Source of the DNA: Ruditapes philippinarum
Taxonomy: Eukaryota
Direction of reading: 5' to 3'
Assembly: GCF_026571515.1 (NCBI RefSeq)
Contig: NW_026866931.1
Location: forward strand, 1 to 64,000
Length of the DNA stretch: 64,000 bases
In this document: one piece after another, positions 1 to 11,376 of the stretch
Layout of the letters: the number at the start of each line of letters is the position of its first letter
Position numbering within the stretch: the first letter of the stretch is position 1
Notes under the pieces: model-generated
The model's input: only the letters and a program-made list of their open reading frames with translations
The model's database searches: none
Told to the model about the DNA's origin: nothing
Program-made: the position numbers and the translations under genes

Positions 1-301
1 TCATATATTACGTTAGGAAATGAAACACATGGTTTATTAGATGTGTTTCCTTTAAAAAATTATGTGTTATCATATATGATATTGTTCTATTTTGTTAAGA
101 AAAAACTGACATAATATGACTATGACATAACTTACTTTTACCTTCTGTTAAGGCCAACAAATGTATTTCTAATGTAAATGACATCGCAATCATGCATGCA
201 TTACGAATAAGTACAAAATTTACATCCTTAAATGGTTCCATTTTATAGTTATTTGGCCCATAATGCAATAACTTTTATACCATAAAAAGTAAGTATTAAG
301 T

Positions 302-583
302 TTGTTTGTTTTGTTTTGTTTTGGGTTTTACGTCACATCGACACAGTATAGGTCATATCGCGACGTTCCAGCTTTACTGGTGAAGGAAGACCTCAGGTGC
401 TCTTCCGTGCATTATTTCAGGCACGAACGGGCACCTGAGTAGAACCACCGACGTTCCGTAAGCTAGCTGGATATCTTCCTCACATGAAAGAATCCAAAGT
501 CCCTGTCGGGATTCGAACCCACAGCGGTGAGGGGCAAGTGGTTTGAAGTCAACGACCTTAACCACTCGGCCACGGACGCCCCC
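302..583 (-). mobile_element. Full-length tRNA-derived SINE (mollusc-type) with (AAAC)n tail and 12-bp TSD
   Basis: Minus strand begins GGGGGCGTCCGTGGCCGAGTGGTTAAGG (A box), has GGGTTCGAATCCC (B box), a central CTCAGGTGC..GCACCTGAG hairpin, and ends in an AAAAC/AAAC tail. TAAGTATTAAGT flanks both ends (290-301 and 584-595). Family (RUDI/V-SINE versus Meta-type) is not determinable by eye. Confidence 0.93.
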
Positions 584-900
584 TAAGTATTAAGTATCAT
601 ACCTGGACTAGAACCATGGGTCTTTGGATTGTGGATCCAGAATGCTGACGTGCAAACAAAGTCATCACCTCATAGCATTAAATTACTATTTGTTAACATG
701 TTAAGTTCCTTTACGTAGGTTAGACCGAAATACCTTTTCTTACTATTGTGTTCGAGAGCTTAACACAGCCTTGCGGAAAGGACCGAGAAGTTGCGATTGA
801 CTGAATTACCAAACTGAAAATAATGAAAAGCTTCAGGATTTACCAATACGGCAAAATTAAAAAAGATGTAGGGTCCATATCGGTTTGTTCTTTTTTGTAA

Positions 901-1260
901 GATTGAGTCTATACATAGACGAAATGTTAATCATTGTTAATCTGTTTTCTGTTTGATTGAGCCTGTTCATGGACGAAAAGTTAATTATTGTTAATCTGTT
1001 TTCAGTTTGACTTTCTGTTCAATATACAAGGAAGAACTGATTCAGAATATAAGAGGCGTTTTCATTGGTCATTCATAAAGTACAAAATGAAATCGGGGAA
1101 TCTCATTGGCCATTCTAAAATGAGATGTAAAGGATAGTTCTTGTCATTCTAACTTCTAAGGTAGTTCTAAACTAAAATGTAAAGGATAGTTCTTGCCTTT
1201 ATGGAATAAATTGTAAAGTCTTGTTCTAAAATAAAATGTACAGGATAGTTCTTTAATTTC
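901..1260. repeat. Two short degenerate tandem repeats
   Basis: A ~55-bp unit (GATTGAG..GACGAAA.GTTAAT.ATTGTTAATCTGTTTTC) occurs twice at ~901-1010, then ATGTAAAGGATAGTTCTT-like units occur three times at ~1125, 1177 and 1236. Confidence 0.7.
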
Positions 1261-4200
1261 CTAGTTAAATTGCTGATATAAAACTTCTGTTTAACAATAT
1301 TTCTTGCATTCAGATCTCATTACATTTATAGTAAGAACTTACTGACTTTATTTTAGTTTATTATTTTTAATTCAATTAACGTAAGAACATACTTATCTAA
1401 TTTTACACAAGATCCGAGTTTTAAATTTTGTCCAAAATAACGAGAATAGTATCAGAACTTATCTATCAGGTACGCTTAGGTTATGATGTTCAATAAGTTT
1501 CTTACATTTGTTATGATTATTGGTATTAAATTTATATGTTTTTTTATATATTTTTGCATATTAACCAAAAAGTTCTAAAACATAATGGCCTTACAGACTG
1601 CATAGATGTTGATGTTATAAATTAAGTTCACTTGCCGAAACACGACCGGTTCCTTTAGAAACTGATACATCTTAAAATGTTCCATTTTTCCAGATTAATA
1701 ATCCTTCAAGAAATTATTATGTCATTGTTATATGCAAGCTATGCTATCATTTTATATGACTTTGCGAGGAAAACTAAGAACAAACATGCAAGTTAACCAG
1801 TTTTTCTTCGCCCGAGTATCTTTTCTTGTTTTACTTAACCCCTTGATCAAAGTGTATGTAGTTAGAAATTAAAATGAGAGCTGTATCATATTCTGAAGCA
1901 ATGAAGATGCTATATTTCTTTCAAGGAATGTCCTTTTCATTTCTAAACTGGTACAGTGAAGCTTTTTCTTTTAATTTCTATGACAGTCCATAGTGATTTT
2001 GAGTAGTTGTCGCCGAAAACAATTTGGCATATTTTATCTGGCCTGATTACTATTTACTTATTACTGGTAGTTTATTTACAATCTCTTTGACAATAAAACT
2101 GACCATAATATACAATGAGTATTTGTTCAGGTGAGGTGTTCGATTTGAGCATACATTGCTTTTATGTTATGCAGATACAGAATGCATTTGTATTATCTAT
2201 CCGATTGCAATCAAATTAAGATCCAATAGCTAGGTATTATTGTAAGTAATAGCTTCAATATTTTGGTTATGAATAAACTAAACTCATCAATTTACTGGTT
2301 TATGATTACTAAATTGGTATCGCTACTTATCAAATTACTATTTCTTAGCTCAATTAAGTTGCCATTTCATGACAGTGTTTTCAATCACAACCAATTTTAA
2401 ATTTTCGGGGTGTGCTTAACTTATTTCCATGTGTAAAATAGTAGATCCTAATCATTTTTTCTATCCCCTTTTCCTTTCTTAAAAGTTATTTTGCTGCCGT
2501 GGTATTCTTACAGATTGAGTGAAGACCATTTTTACACGATGTAAATGATCGTTTACTTGTCAGGCAAATTCAGATTTCAAAAAGGATTCTCTTTCGAGAC
2601 ACCAACTCGGTAACAAATATTGTTGTCTTTGCATTGAGTCATTATTGAATCATTGAAATATTCATTTTATTTTCAAAGATAACTGCCATTATTTTAACAA
2701 AGGCTTTATACACATCATTTCATCATGACAGAAACGTTCAATCAAATGTTTCCTTTACAGCAAGGTTAAGCAAATGTGAAGATTACAATCACTTAGCTCT
2801 CAAAGCTGATTATGACTCAGAATATATTACCACCAATTTATACGTAAAACAAACACTACTTTAAATGATCAAAACATTAAAACACTTTTTTTCACAAAAT
2901 ATCTTAATAAATGAGAGCATTTGATATGAAGTGAAACTTCACAAAGGAGATGTACCTGTGTTTTTGTTTGATGTGCAACGTTTTTTTCAAAACCGCTTAT
3001 CATTAAGATATCAAATTGACTATTGCGTTTTTGAAAATATTTGAAATAGATAAATAAATGTCTTAATCTCGACAATAAATTATTGCACAGAAGATGTGGT
3101 GAGTGATGCTATTCTTGCTATTTACAAGCTTTGTATTTCAGAAAATGGTTATAATTTATGGAAATTATTGCTTTAAAAAGATTTGAACTGACTTGTAAGA
3201 GTATTAGTTTTGTATTGCTTTGTACGAGTATTTGTTTTGTATTTGTTTGTAGGAGTATTTGTTAAATATTGAAAGATTTTTAAAGCATATTTTGGATTGA
3301 TATATGATATGAAACGATTGATGTAAAAATGTCATGAGTTGTGATGGGTCGAAGGTAATTTTATAGAAGGCGAATTATAATCATCTGATAAGGAATGGAT
3401 TATTGTGATTTTTATTATTAAAGAAAAATAAATAGGTTATATCAAAAAGTATTCAATGTTATAGATTATTAAGTTTATATAAAAGAAATAAAAGAATATA
3501 TTCGAAAGAAAGCTTTACCAAAGAGTGCATGTTCTCCTGCTCAAAGTATGTTTAACTCTGGTATTATAAGAAGAACTACTTATTAATAATAGGATAGTGA
3601 GGTTTGTTCAATACCACTTTTTGATTTCCTTTTAGATGATATAAGTTTAGAAATGGAAAGATTAAAATTCAGTATTCAATAACAATAAGAATACTTATTG
3701 AGTATTTAATGGCTCTTTCATAAAGCATGTAAATCTACTTGTTCTTCCCAGTGTTCCTACGTTGATTGGGATTCAGCAGAATTTGACAGATTTTAAAACT
3801 TCATGAACACGACCAAGATTTTTTTATATAATTATCGGGTGTTTGTTTTTAATGGATATTCTTGCATAAAAAACTACGCACGCAGGTTTACATTAACGAA
3901 AAGAAAACATGTATTGACGGATGAAACCAAACGAGCACGTGCGCAGTTGATGCACGTTTTTAATAGGCGACGCTTGGGGCGGGCGCCATAAAGAAATACC
4001 TTAATGCAATGACGAAAATACATCGCACTAACACGTGAAAAGCATGTAATGAAACGTCTGTACAAGAATTAGATAAAGGAATGCGACATTGCCGAATCAG
4101 AAGTACGTTTATTCAAGAACAGCACAAAGGCACCTGCCGGCTCGTGTTTTTAAAGACAGTTGTGTGCTTCTGCAGATGCAAAAGATGGTTTTACCCTATA

Positions 4201-5409
4201 ACGACACATGAATCTTAAAACATCCCAAAAATTTATTAACCTTTTTGCTATAAAATGTATGGCAAACCACATCAAGGGATTTGCTTCAATAGTTAAGATA
4301 CATGCATGATCAGGTAGTCTTAATCCAGATAAAAATATTTTCAAAGATGGCTGCGCCAATGTTACAACTACCATTTTAACCATCCGTTTTATTTTTTGAT
4401 TCTAAAAATCGGTAGAATTGGTTAAATTTGAAATTAACTTCCTTCTGGTAATTATCATTTTTGACGTTGTGAACAATTTATTTCCGGTTTATGTTAAGTT
4501 TTACTTAAGTTTCTAAAGGCCCCGCCTTATGGTTCATATTTGTCGACAATTTACTTTTGACTTTTTGACGATACTGAAGGGAAATCTATATGACGTTGAG
4601 AAGGGATTTCTGCCTCAGCATAGAGGCTTATCAAAATGCGCAAAAGGCCAAAAATAGGTGACAAATAGTATTGAGTATTTGTAAATACGACTTTCAAGCT
4701 GAACCGCAAACAAAAGAACCATATAATATTATTTTGATCGCACGATCCTTTTGTATAATTAAACTTATGATGAAGCACTTGTTCTTCAATCCGTGCTAGA
4801 CAAAATCATTAATAAATTTAAAGTTTGAACACATTTTTTAAATTTTTTTTATACATTTTTCGTTTAATCTTTATTTTGCTGTAGTTGACGTTCAATTGTT
4901 TGCATACCTATTGATAGCATATGTGAAAATCGTTTATATATTAAGAGCAAACAACAGTTGGATTAAAAATCAACATTAGACAAAAAAGTGTAACAGCAAG
5001 TTATTGTAAGCAACTCTCCCAAAAAGTTTTACTTTAATATTTTGATCAACAAAAGGCGAAATAAAGAAGGCAGGGTCCATAAAATGATGTGTCCTGTAGA
5101 TCTTTAAGGACAACATGTTGCATCATATTAGTGACAAATTGAAACAGTTTTGTTTCATGTACAAAGGTCTCTCGAAAAGAACAAGATGGTCGTCTGCACT
5201 TCGTCGTCTACTGAAACTTGACCACAAGGAAAGTAAGAAATTATTCTTTTATATTTTAGACAAGAATTATAAATTGCAAAACAACTTTTTTAATAATGAA
5301 ATTGGACGGTATTTTGTTGGCTCACGCTATGTTATTTTGAATTACCTTTTAAAATTACATTAATCAGGAAGAAATAAACAATATAACGACAACAACAAAA
5401 CAACAAGAC

Positions 5410-6015
5410 CTTATTTTTAGTTCGCATGGGTGAATTATTCCTAATATGCGCCAACTATACCATCGCTAAACATATTTATAAAAAGGTTTAAACAATTGGT
5501 CGAACGTCCGTCCGTCCGTCTGTCCTTCCGTCTGTCCGTCCGTCTGTCCTTCCGTCTGTCCGGCCGTCTGTCTGTCAGTCCGTCCACAAAACTAGATCCT
5601 GCAATAACGCAAAAAGTACTGAAAATATTTTTATGAACCTTGATATATGGATAGATGGCAGTATGGAGATTATGCACGTCTTTTTTTTCTTCCTATGTTG
5701 AAAATTCTGGCTGCTATGGCAACAAATAGTCTGAAAATATGGCAAATTTAACACATAAACTTGATCCAGTGATAACTCAAAAAAGTACTGAAAATATTTT
5801 TATGAAACTTGAAATATGGGTAGATGGCAGTCTGGAGATTATGCACATTTTTCTCTTTTCTTCCTATGTTGAAAATTCTGGTTGCTATGGCGTCCGTCAG
5901 GCCGTCCGTCCACAAAACTGGATCCCGCAATAACGCAAAAAGTACTGAAAATATTTTTATGAAACTTGATATATAGATAGATGGCAGTATGGAGATTATG
6001 CACGTCTTTTTTTTC
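5410..6015 (+). mobile_element. Truncated HINE/pearl-like element: (GTCC/GTCT)n microsatellite plus ~2.5 internal ~160-175-bp monomers
   Basis: CGTCCGTCCGTC..CTGTC tract at ~5505-5585, followed by the repeated block AAAAAGTACTGAAAATATTTTTATGAA..AGATGGCAGT.TGGAGATTATGCAC at ~5611, 5781 and 5937. No 3' hairpin seen. Confidence 0.7.
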
Positions 6016-8929
6016 ACAGTGTAACTGCTTATTTAATACTTGCTAATTTATTTTCAATGTTTTTTTTTCACTGCATCTTTCCTGACGCTTCTGAAAGACC
6101 GCAAACAGTTGTCTGTTAACAGGCCACTAAACTAAATGAATTCCCAGACGTCTGTGCCATGAAACACGCTTCAATAGAACATTTTGTCAATTTACAAATG
6201 AATTACGAAGATTGAAAGTGATATTTTCGCATCGGTAAACATTTAATTGGACATGATGTATACCGCGATAAAAACTTTTATCTTATTGTTTAGTCTAAAA
6301 ATTAAACACGTATTCAATGAAAACGTCCACGAAGTTATTATAAATGTCAACTGTCATTTAACCGGAATGATTTTTACAGTTCACTGACTCATAGAACAGA
6401 ACCGTTCAATCAAATGTCCACACAACAACAAGGTTAAACAACTGTAAAGATTACTATCATTGAGTTTTAAAAACGACAAATGACTCATAATATATTTCAT
6501 TTTAGGCGTTGAAGCAAATCGATCTCTTCTGCGTAAATATCCTTTGTTACACGTGTTATATTTTGACTGCACATACTATCTCTTGATGTACATGTATGTC
6601 CTTAAATTGATAAACCACACTTAAAATCAAAATAAAAACTTACAATATAGGTCGATCATCAAATGATCTACCTAGTATGGTGAATGTTCATGTTAGGGGT
6701 TATGAGGGATGATGTCCCAATCATACCAAAACTGCAATTTTCATTTAATTTTTAGTGATTAGTGCTTCTGAGGGATCACCTTTTCCGCAGGGGCCCGTTT
6801 TTTTTAACATTTCGTAAGTTTTTCGTTAGTATTTTCGTAACTTTACGCTTACCTTTAAACTTTTAAATCGTAAGTGTGTTTCATAAAACGTTCGTCAGTT
6901 TTTTTCTTAAACTTACGTTAAAATAGTGCGTAACTCTTAAAGAAGGTTTTAAGAATTAAGCGTTTTGGTAATATTTAATGACCGCAAAACATTTTTAAAA
7001 AAAAGCTAAACTGGAATTTCGTAGGGCCAGCTACGGACACTCAGGAATGTTGCTGAGCAAATTGTATTTCTATGTGCATATTGTGGCAACGGCCATCTAT
7101 CACACAGGTGTTTCTTTCGATTTTAAATAAATGTATAGAATAGTTAGGAGAACCCCACATGATCCATCTTAGAAGATATTTAGAGGGTTTTTGTTTGTTT
7201 TGGGAAGTGAAAAATACTGTTATGTCCGCAAGTGAAAATGTGGATTTTTGTCTCATTTTCATATGAAATATTTAGCTTGTTCACGTAACCAACATTTTTA
7301 AAATATTTTTTTCTATTTCTTTAATTTTCTTTTTATTTAATCTATTTTATTCTTTTATTTTATGCCTATTAAGTAAAGTAAATCCCTTGATTTTTAAACA
7401 ATTTTAACTGAAACATAATAAAAACATGCACAAAACGCCACATGCAAACAAAAGCGTCATCATAAATAAAAAAAACTGCAACAGATACATTTTGCAATTT
7501 AATGTACATTTGCAAATCATACAGTTTAATGCACACATAAAGTTCATCATCATTTTAGATACTCTCCTACCCCGTCTTCACTTACTTCATACAGTATTAA
7601 CATAAAATTTAAATTTAGTGAATTTCAGTTCCAGTATATTTTTTTTGAGAAGAAGATAATAATTAAAAGACTTTCGACTTTAAGCTGATAGGATGACTTC
7701 CATATTCAGACTAATTTGTATATGTTTTTTTTTACTAAATTTCTTTTTTGACTTCCATATTCGTATGTGTTTTTTTACTAAATTTCATTTATATGAGTCC
7801 GTAAAGTCACATTATCCTATCCTTACACCAGTCACATCCGTATTTCCTTCTCTGCCATTAATCGATCGGTAGCTTTAATTTACCTGGAGTAATTAACAGG
7901 TTTAATCAAATTGAGCCTCCACACCTTTAAATATGTTAGTTGGGTTACTTTGAAGTTTTCATTTTTCATGATTGCACAAGTATGAATTCATCAAATGCAA
8001 AACTAACGAGAGAATCAAGATGTTTGGCAGATTGACGTTATATTAATTAATAATAATAATAAAGTCTTTATTTAACGAAGGTAACTTATTAAGACAATAC
8101 ATCAAAGCATTAGATACAACACATATAATGCAAAATCTTATTTTCAACAAGGCCTTCAATAAAACAAACATAACAACGGACATATTCAAGCAATTGTAAA
8201 GATTACAACAAATAAGACAGACATAATATTATTTTATAGTATAGGTAAAATTTTCTATAATTCATCTCTAGATAATAATAAATGTTTGAAATGTGATTTA
8301 AACAATTTAAGACTTGAAAGATTTCTTATTTTTAAAGGAGTAGTGTTCCATAACTCCATACTAGAATAATAAAAAGTACGTTTCAAATAATTTGTTTTAG
8401 GTCGTTTATGCATAATATCTTTTTTATGTGTTGATCTTAGTAAGTAAGTTTTATTTTGAGATAACGGAATTAGATTAGAAATATATGCTGGCGTTAATTC
8501 ATTCATCGCTTTATATACTATAATTCCAGAAAAGTATTTACATCTAGATGGAAAAGAAAACCATTTCATATTTTGAAACATATCAAGAGAATTTGTTTTT
8601 ACGGGTTTATCTAAAATAATTCTGGCGGTTCTTTTTTGTAATTTTGTTATTCTATTTAGATCTGATTTGTTACATTGGGACCAAATAATACATCCATAAT
8701 CAAAAGTAGGGGCAATGTAAGCGTTATAAAATAATTGTTTCATTTCAGGTGTAAGAAATATTTTAATTCTTTTCAGCAGAGATATTTTAGAAGCAAGCTT
8801 AGAACATGTTTTGTCAATATGTGTTTTTTAAGATAGACAGTTATCAATATGCAATCCAAGTAGCTTTTGACAATGAACATTATTTATACTCGAATTCTCA
8901 ATATGCAGAGAAAGATTGCCTATGTTATT

Positions 8930-11376
8930 ATACCCCCACTTCAAAGAAGAGGGGGTATATTGCTTTGCACTTGTCGGTCCGTCGGTCCGTTGGTCCGTCG
9001 GTCCGTAGACCAAATGGTTTCCGAGTGATAACTAAAGAAGGCTTAGGCCTAGGAACTTCAAACTTGGTATGGTGATTAATCATGACCAGCAGATGACCCC
9101 TAATGATTTTGGGGTCAAGGGGTCAAAGGTCAAGGTCACATTGACCTTGTAAGTAAAAACGGTTTCCGATCAATAACTAAAGAACGCTTAGGCCTAGGAA
9201 CTTCAAACTTGGTATGGTGATTGGTCATGACCAGCAGATGACTCCTCTTGTTTTTGGGGTCAAGCGGTCAAAGGTCAAGGTCACATTGACCTTGTAAGTA
9301 AAAACGGTTTCCGATCGATAACTAAAGAACGCTTAGATCTAGGAACTTCCAACCTGGTATGATGATTGGTCATGACCAGCAGATGACCCCTATTGATTTG
9401 GGGTCAAGGGGTCAAGGCCACAATGACCTTGTATGTAAAAACGGTTTCCGATCAATAAAGAACGCTTAGGCCTTGGAACTTCTAACTTGGTATGATGATT
9501 GGTCATGACATGCAGATGACCCCTATTGATTTTAGATCAAAGGGGTCAAAGGTCAAGGTCTTATTGACACTGTAGGTAAAAACGGTTTCCGATCAATTAC
9601 TAAAGAAGGCTTAGGCCTGGGAACTTCAAACTTGGTAGGATGATTGGTCATGACCAGCAGATGAACCCTATTAGATTTTGGGGTCAAGGGGTCAAAGGTC
9701 AAGGTCAAATTGGCCTTGTAGGTATAAACGGTTTCCGCTCAATAACTAAACAACGCTTACGCCTAGGAACTTCAAACTTGGTATGATCATTGGTCATGAC
9801 CAGCAGATGACTCCTATCGATTTTGGGGTCAAGGGGTCAAAGGGTCAAGGTCAAATTGACCTTGTAGGTAAAAATGGTTTCTGATCAATAACTAAAGAAC
9901 GCTTAGGCCTAGGAACTTCAAATTTGGTATGATGATTGGTCATGGCCAGCCGATGACCCCTAATTAATTCGGGGTCAAAGGTCAAGGTCACATTGACCTT
10001 GTAGGTAAAAACGGTTTCCGATCAAAAACTAAAGAACGCTTTGGCCTAGGAACTTCAAACTTGGTATGGTGATTGGTCATAACCAGCAGATGACCCCTAT
10101 TGATTTTGGGGTCAAGGGTCCAAAGGTCAAGGTCACATTTGACCTCGTAGGTAAAATTGTTTCCGATCAATAACTAAAGAACGCTTAGGCCTAGGAACTT
10201 CAAACTTAGTATGGTGATTGGTCATGACCAGCAGATGACCCCTATTGATTTTGGGATCAACGGGTCAAAGGTCAAGGTCACATTAACCTTGTAAGTAAAA
10301 ATGGTTTCCGATCAATAACTAAAAAACGCTTAGGCCTAGGAACTTCAAACATGGTATGATGATTGGTCATAACCAGCAGACAACCCCTATTGATTTTGAG
10401 GTCAAGGGGTCAAAGGTCAAGGTCACATTGACCTTGTAGGTAAAAATGCTTTCTGATCAATAACTCAAGAACGCTTAGGCCTAGGAACTTCAAACTTGGT
10501 ATGGTGATTGGTCATGTCCAGCAGATGACCCCTAATGATTTTGGGGTCAAGGGGTCAAAGGTCAAGGTCACATTGACCTTGTAGGTAAAAACGGTTTCCA
10601 ATCAATAACTTAAGAATGCTTAGGCCAAGGAACTTCAAACTTGGTATGATGATTGGTCATGACCAGCAGATGACCCCTATTGATTTAGGGGTCAAATGTC
10701 AGGGTCACATTGACCTTGTAGGTGAAAACAGTTTCCAATCAATAACTTAAGAATGCTTAGGCCTAGGAACTTCAAACTTGGTATGATGATTGGTCATGAC
10801 CAGCAGATGACCCCTATTGATTTAGGGATCAAGGGTCAAAGGTCAAGGTCATGTTGACCTTGTAGGTAAAAACGGTTTCTGATCAATAACTGAAGAATGC
10901 TTAGGCCTAGGAACTTCAAACTTGGTATGATGATTGGATGACCAGTAGATGACCCCTATTGGTTTTGGGGTCAATGGGTCAATGTCATATGACCTTGTAC
11001 TTAATGACGGTTTGTGACCAATAACTCAACAACTCAAGTTGCCTTGGTTTCTATTTTTATATTGAACTAAAAATGCTTTTGGTATACACATTTGAAGGTC
11101 TTATGTTATATAACAACTTGGCTGTCATTAATGAGGCCTACATGATTCATAAAATTTATGCATATATTATTTGTAAGATTTGTAATAACTTAAATTGCTG
11201 CACACAACATATGGGGTCACAATAATTATTACCTTGTGACTAGTCATGACCTGTAGATACTAGATAACCCTTATTAATTGTTTGTTCACTGGGTCAGAAG
11301 TCATGCATAATTACCTGATCATATGACTAATTGGCTGCCGATAGGGGGCATACATGTTTTACAAACATATCTTGTT
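8930..11376 (+). mobile_element. Complete non-autonomous Helentron-type element (HINE / pearl-like) with internal satellite array
   Basis: 5' palindrome TATACCCCC..GGGGGTATA (8929-8959), (GTCG/GTCC)n microsatellite at ~8973-9006, tandem array, 3' subTIR AGGGGGCATA (11343-11352), hairpin ATGTTT-TAC-AAACAT and terminal CTTGTT. Inserted in a TT without TSD; removing it restores the LINE frame GSKCKIN-NIGNLSL. Confidence 0.9.
9013..11030 (+). repeat. Tandem array of ~14 monomers of ~143 bp
   Basis: Monomer approx. GTAAAAACGGTTTCCGATCAATAACTAAAGAACGCTTAGGCCTAGGAACTTCAAACTTGGTATGATGATTGGTCATGACCAGCAGATGACCCCTATTGATTTTGGGGTCAAGGGGTCAAAGGTCAAGGTCACATTGACCTTGTAG. 14 CAGATGACC-type landmarks counted. 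Confidence 0.95.

Noticed and set aside
374-565. 63-aa ORF, and a TCA 'anticodon' suggesting tRNA-Sec
   Set aside because: Both lie inside the SINE. The tRNA-like head continues into a SINE body, tail and TSD, so it is neither a protein gene nor a functional tRNA.
600-650. Minus-strand B-box-like relic (also at ~18365-18400)
   Set aside because: Too short and decayed to call; probably old SINE heads.
6790-7030. CGTAA-rich segment resembling a MITE
   Set aside because: Could not define convincing TIRs or a TSD.
9013-11030. CRISPR-like or coding interpretation of the array (incl. ORF 9988-10170)
   Set aside because: Monomers repeat over their whole length with no unique spacers, the context is eukaryotic, and stops and frameshifts are frequent.
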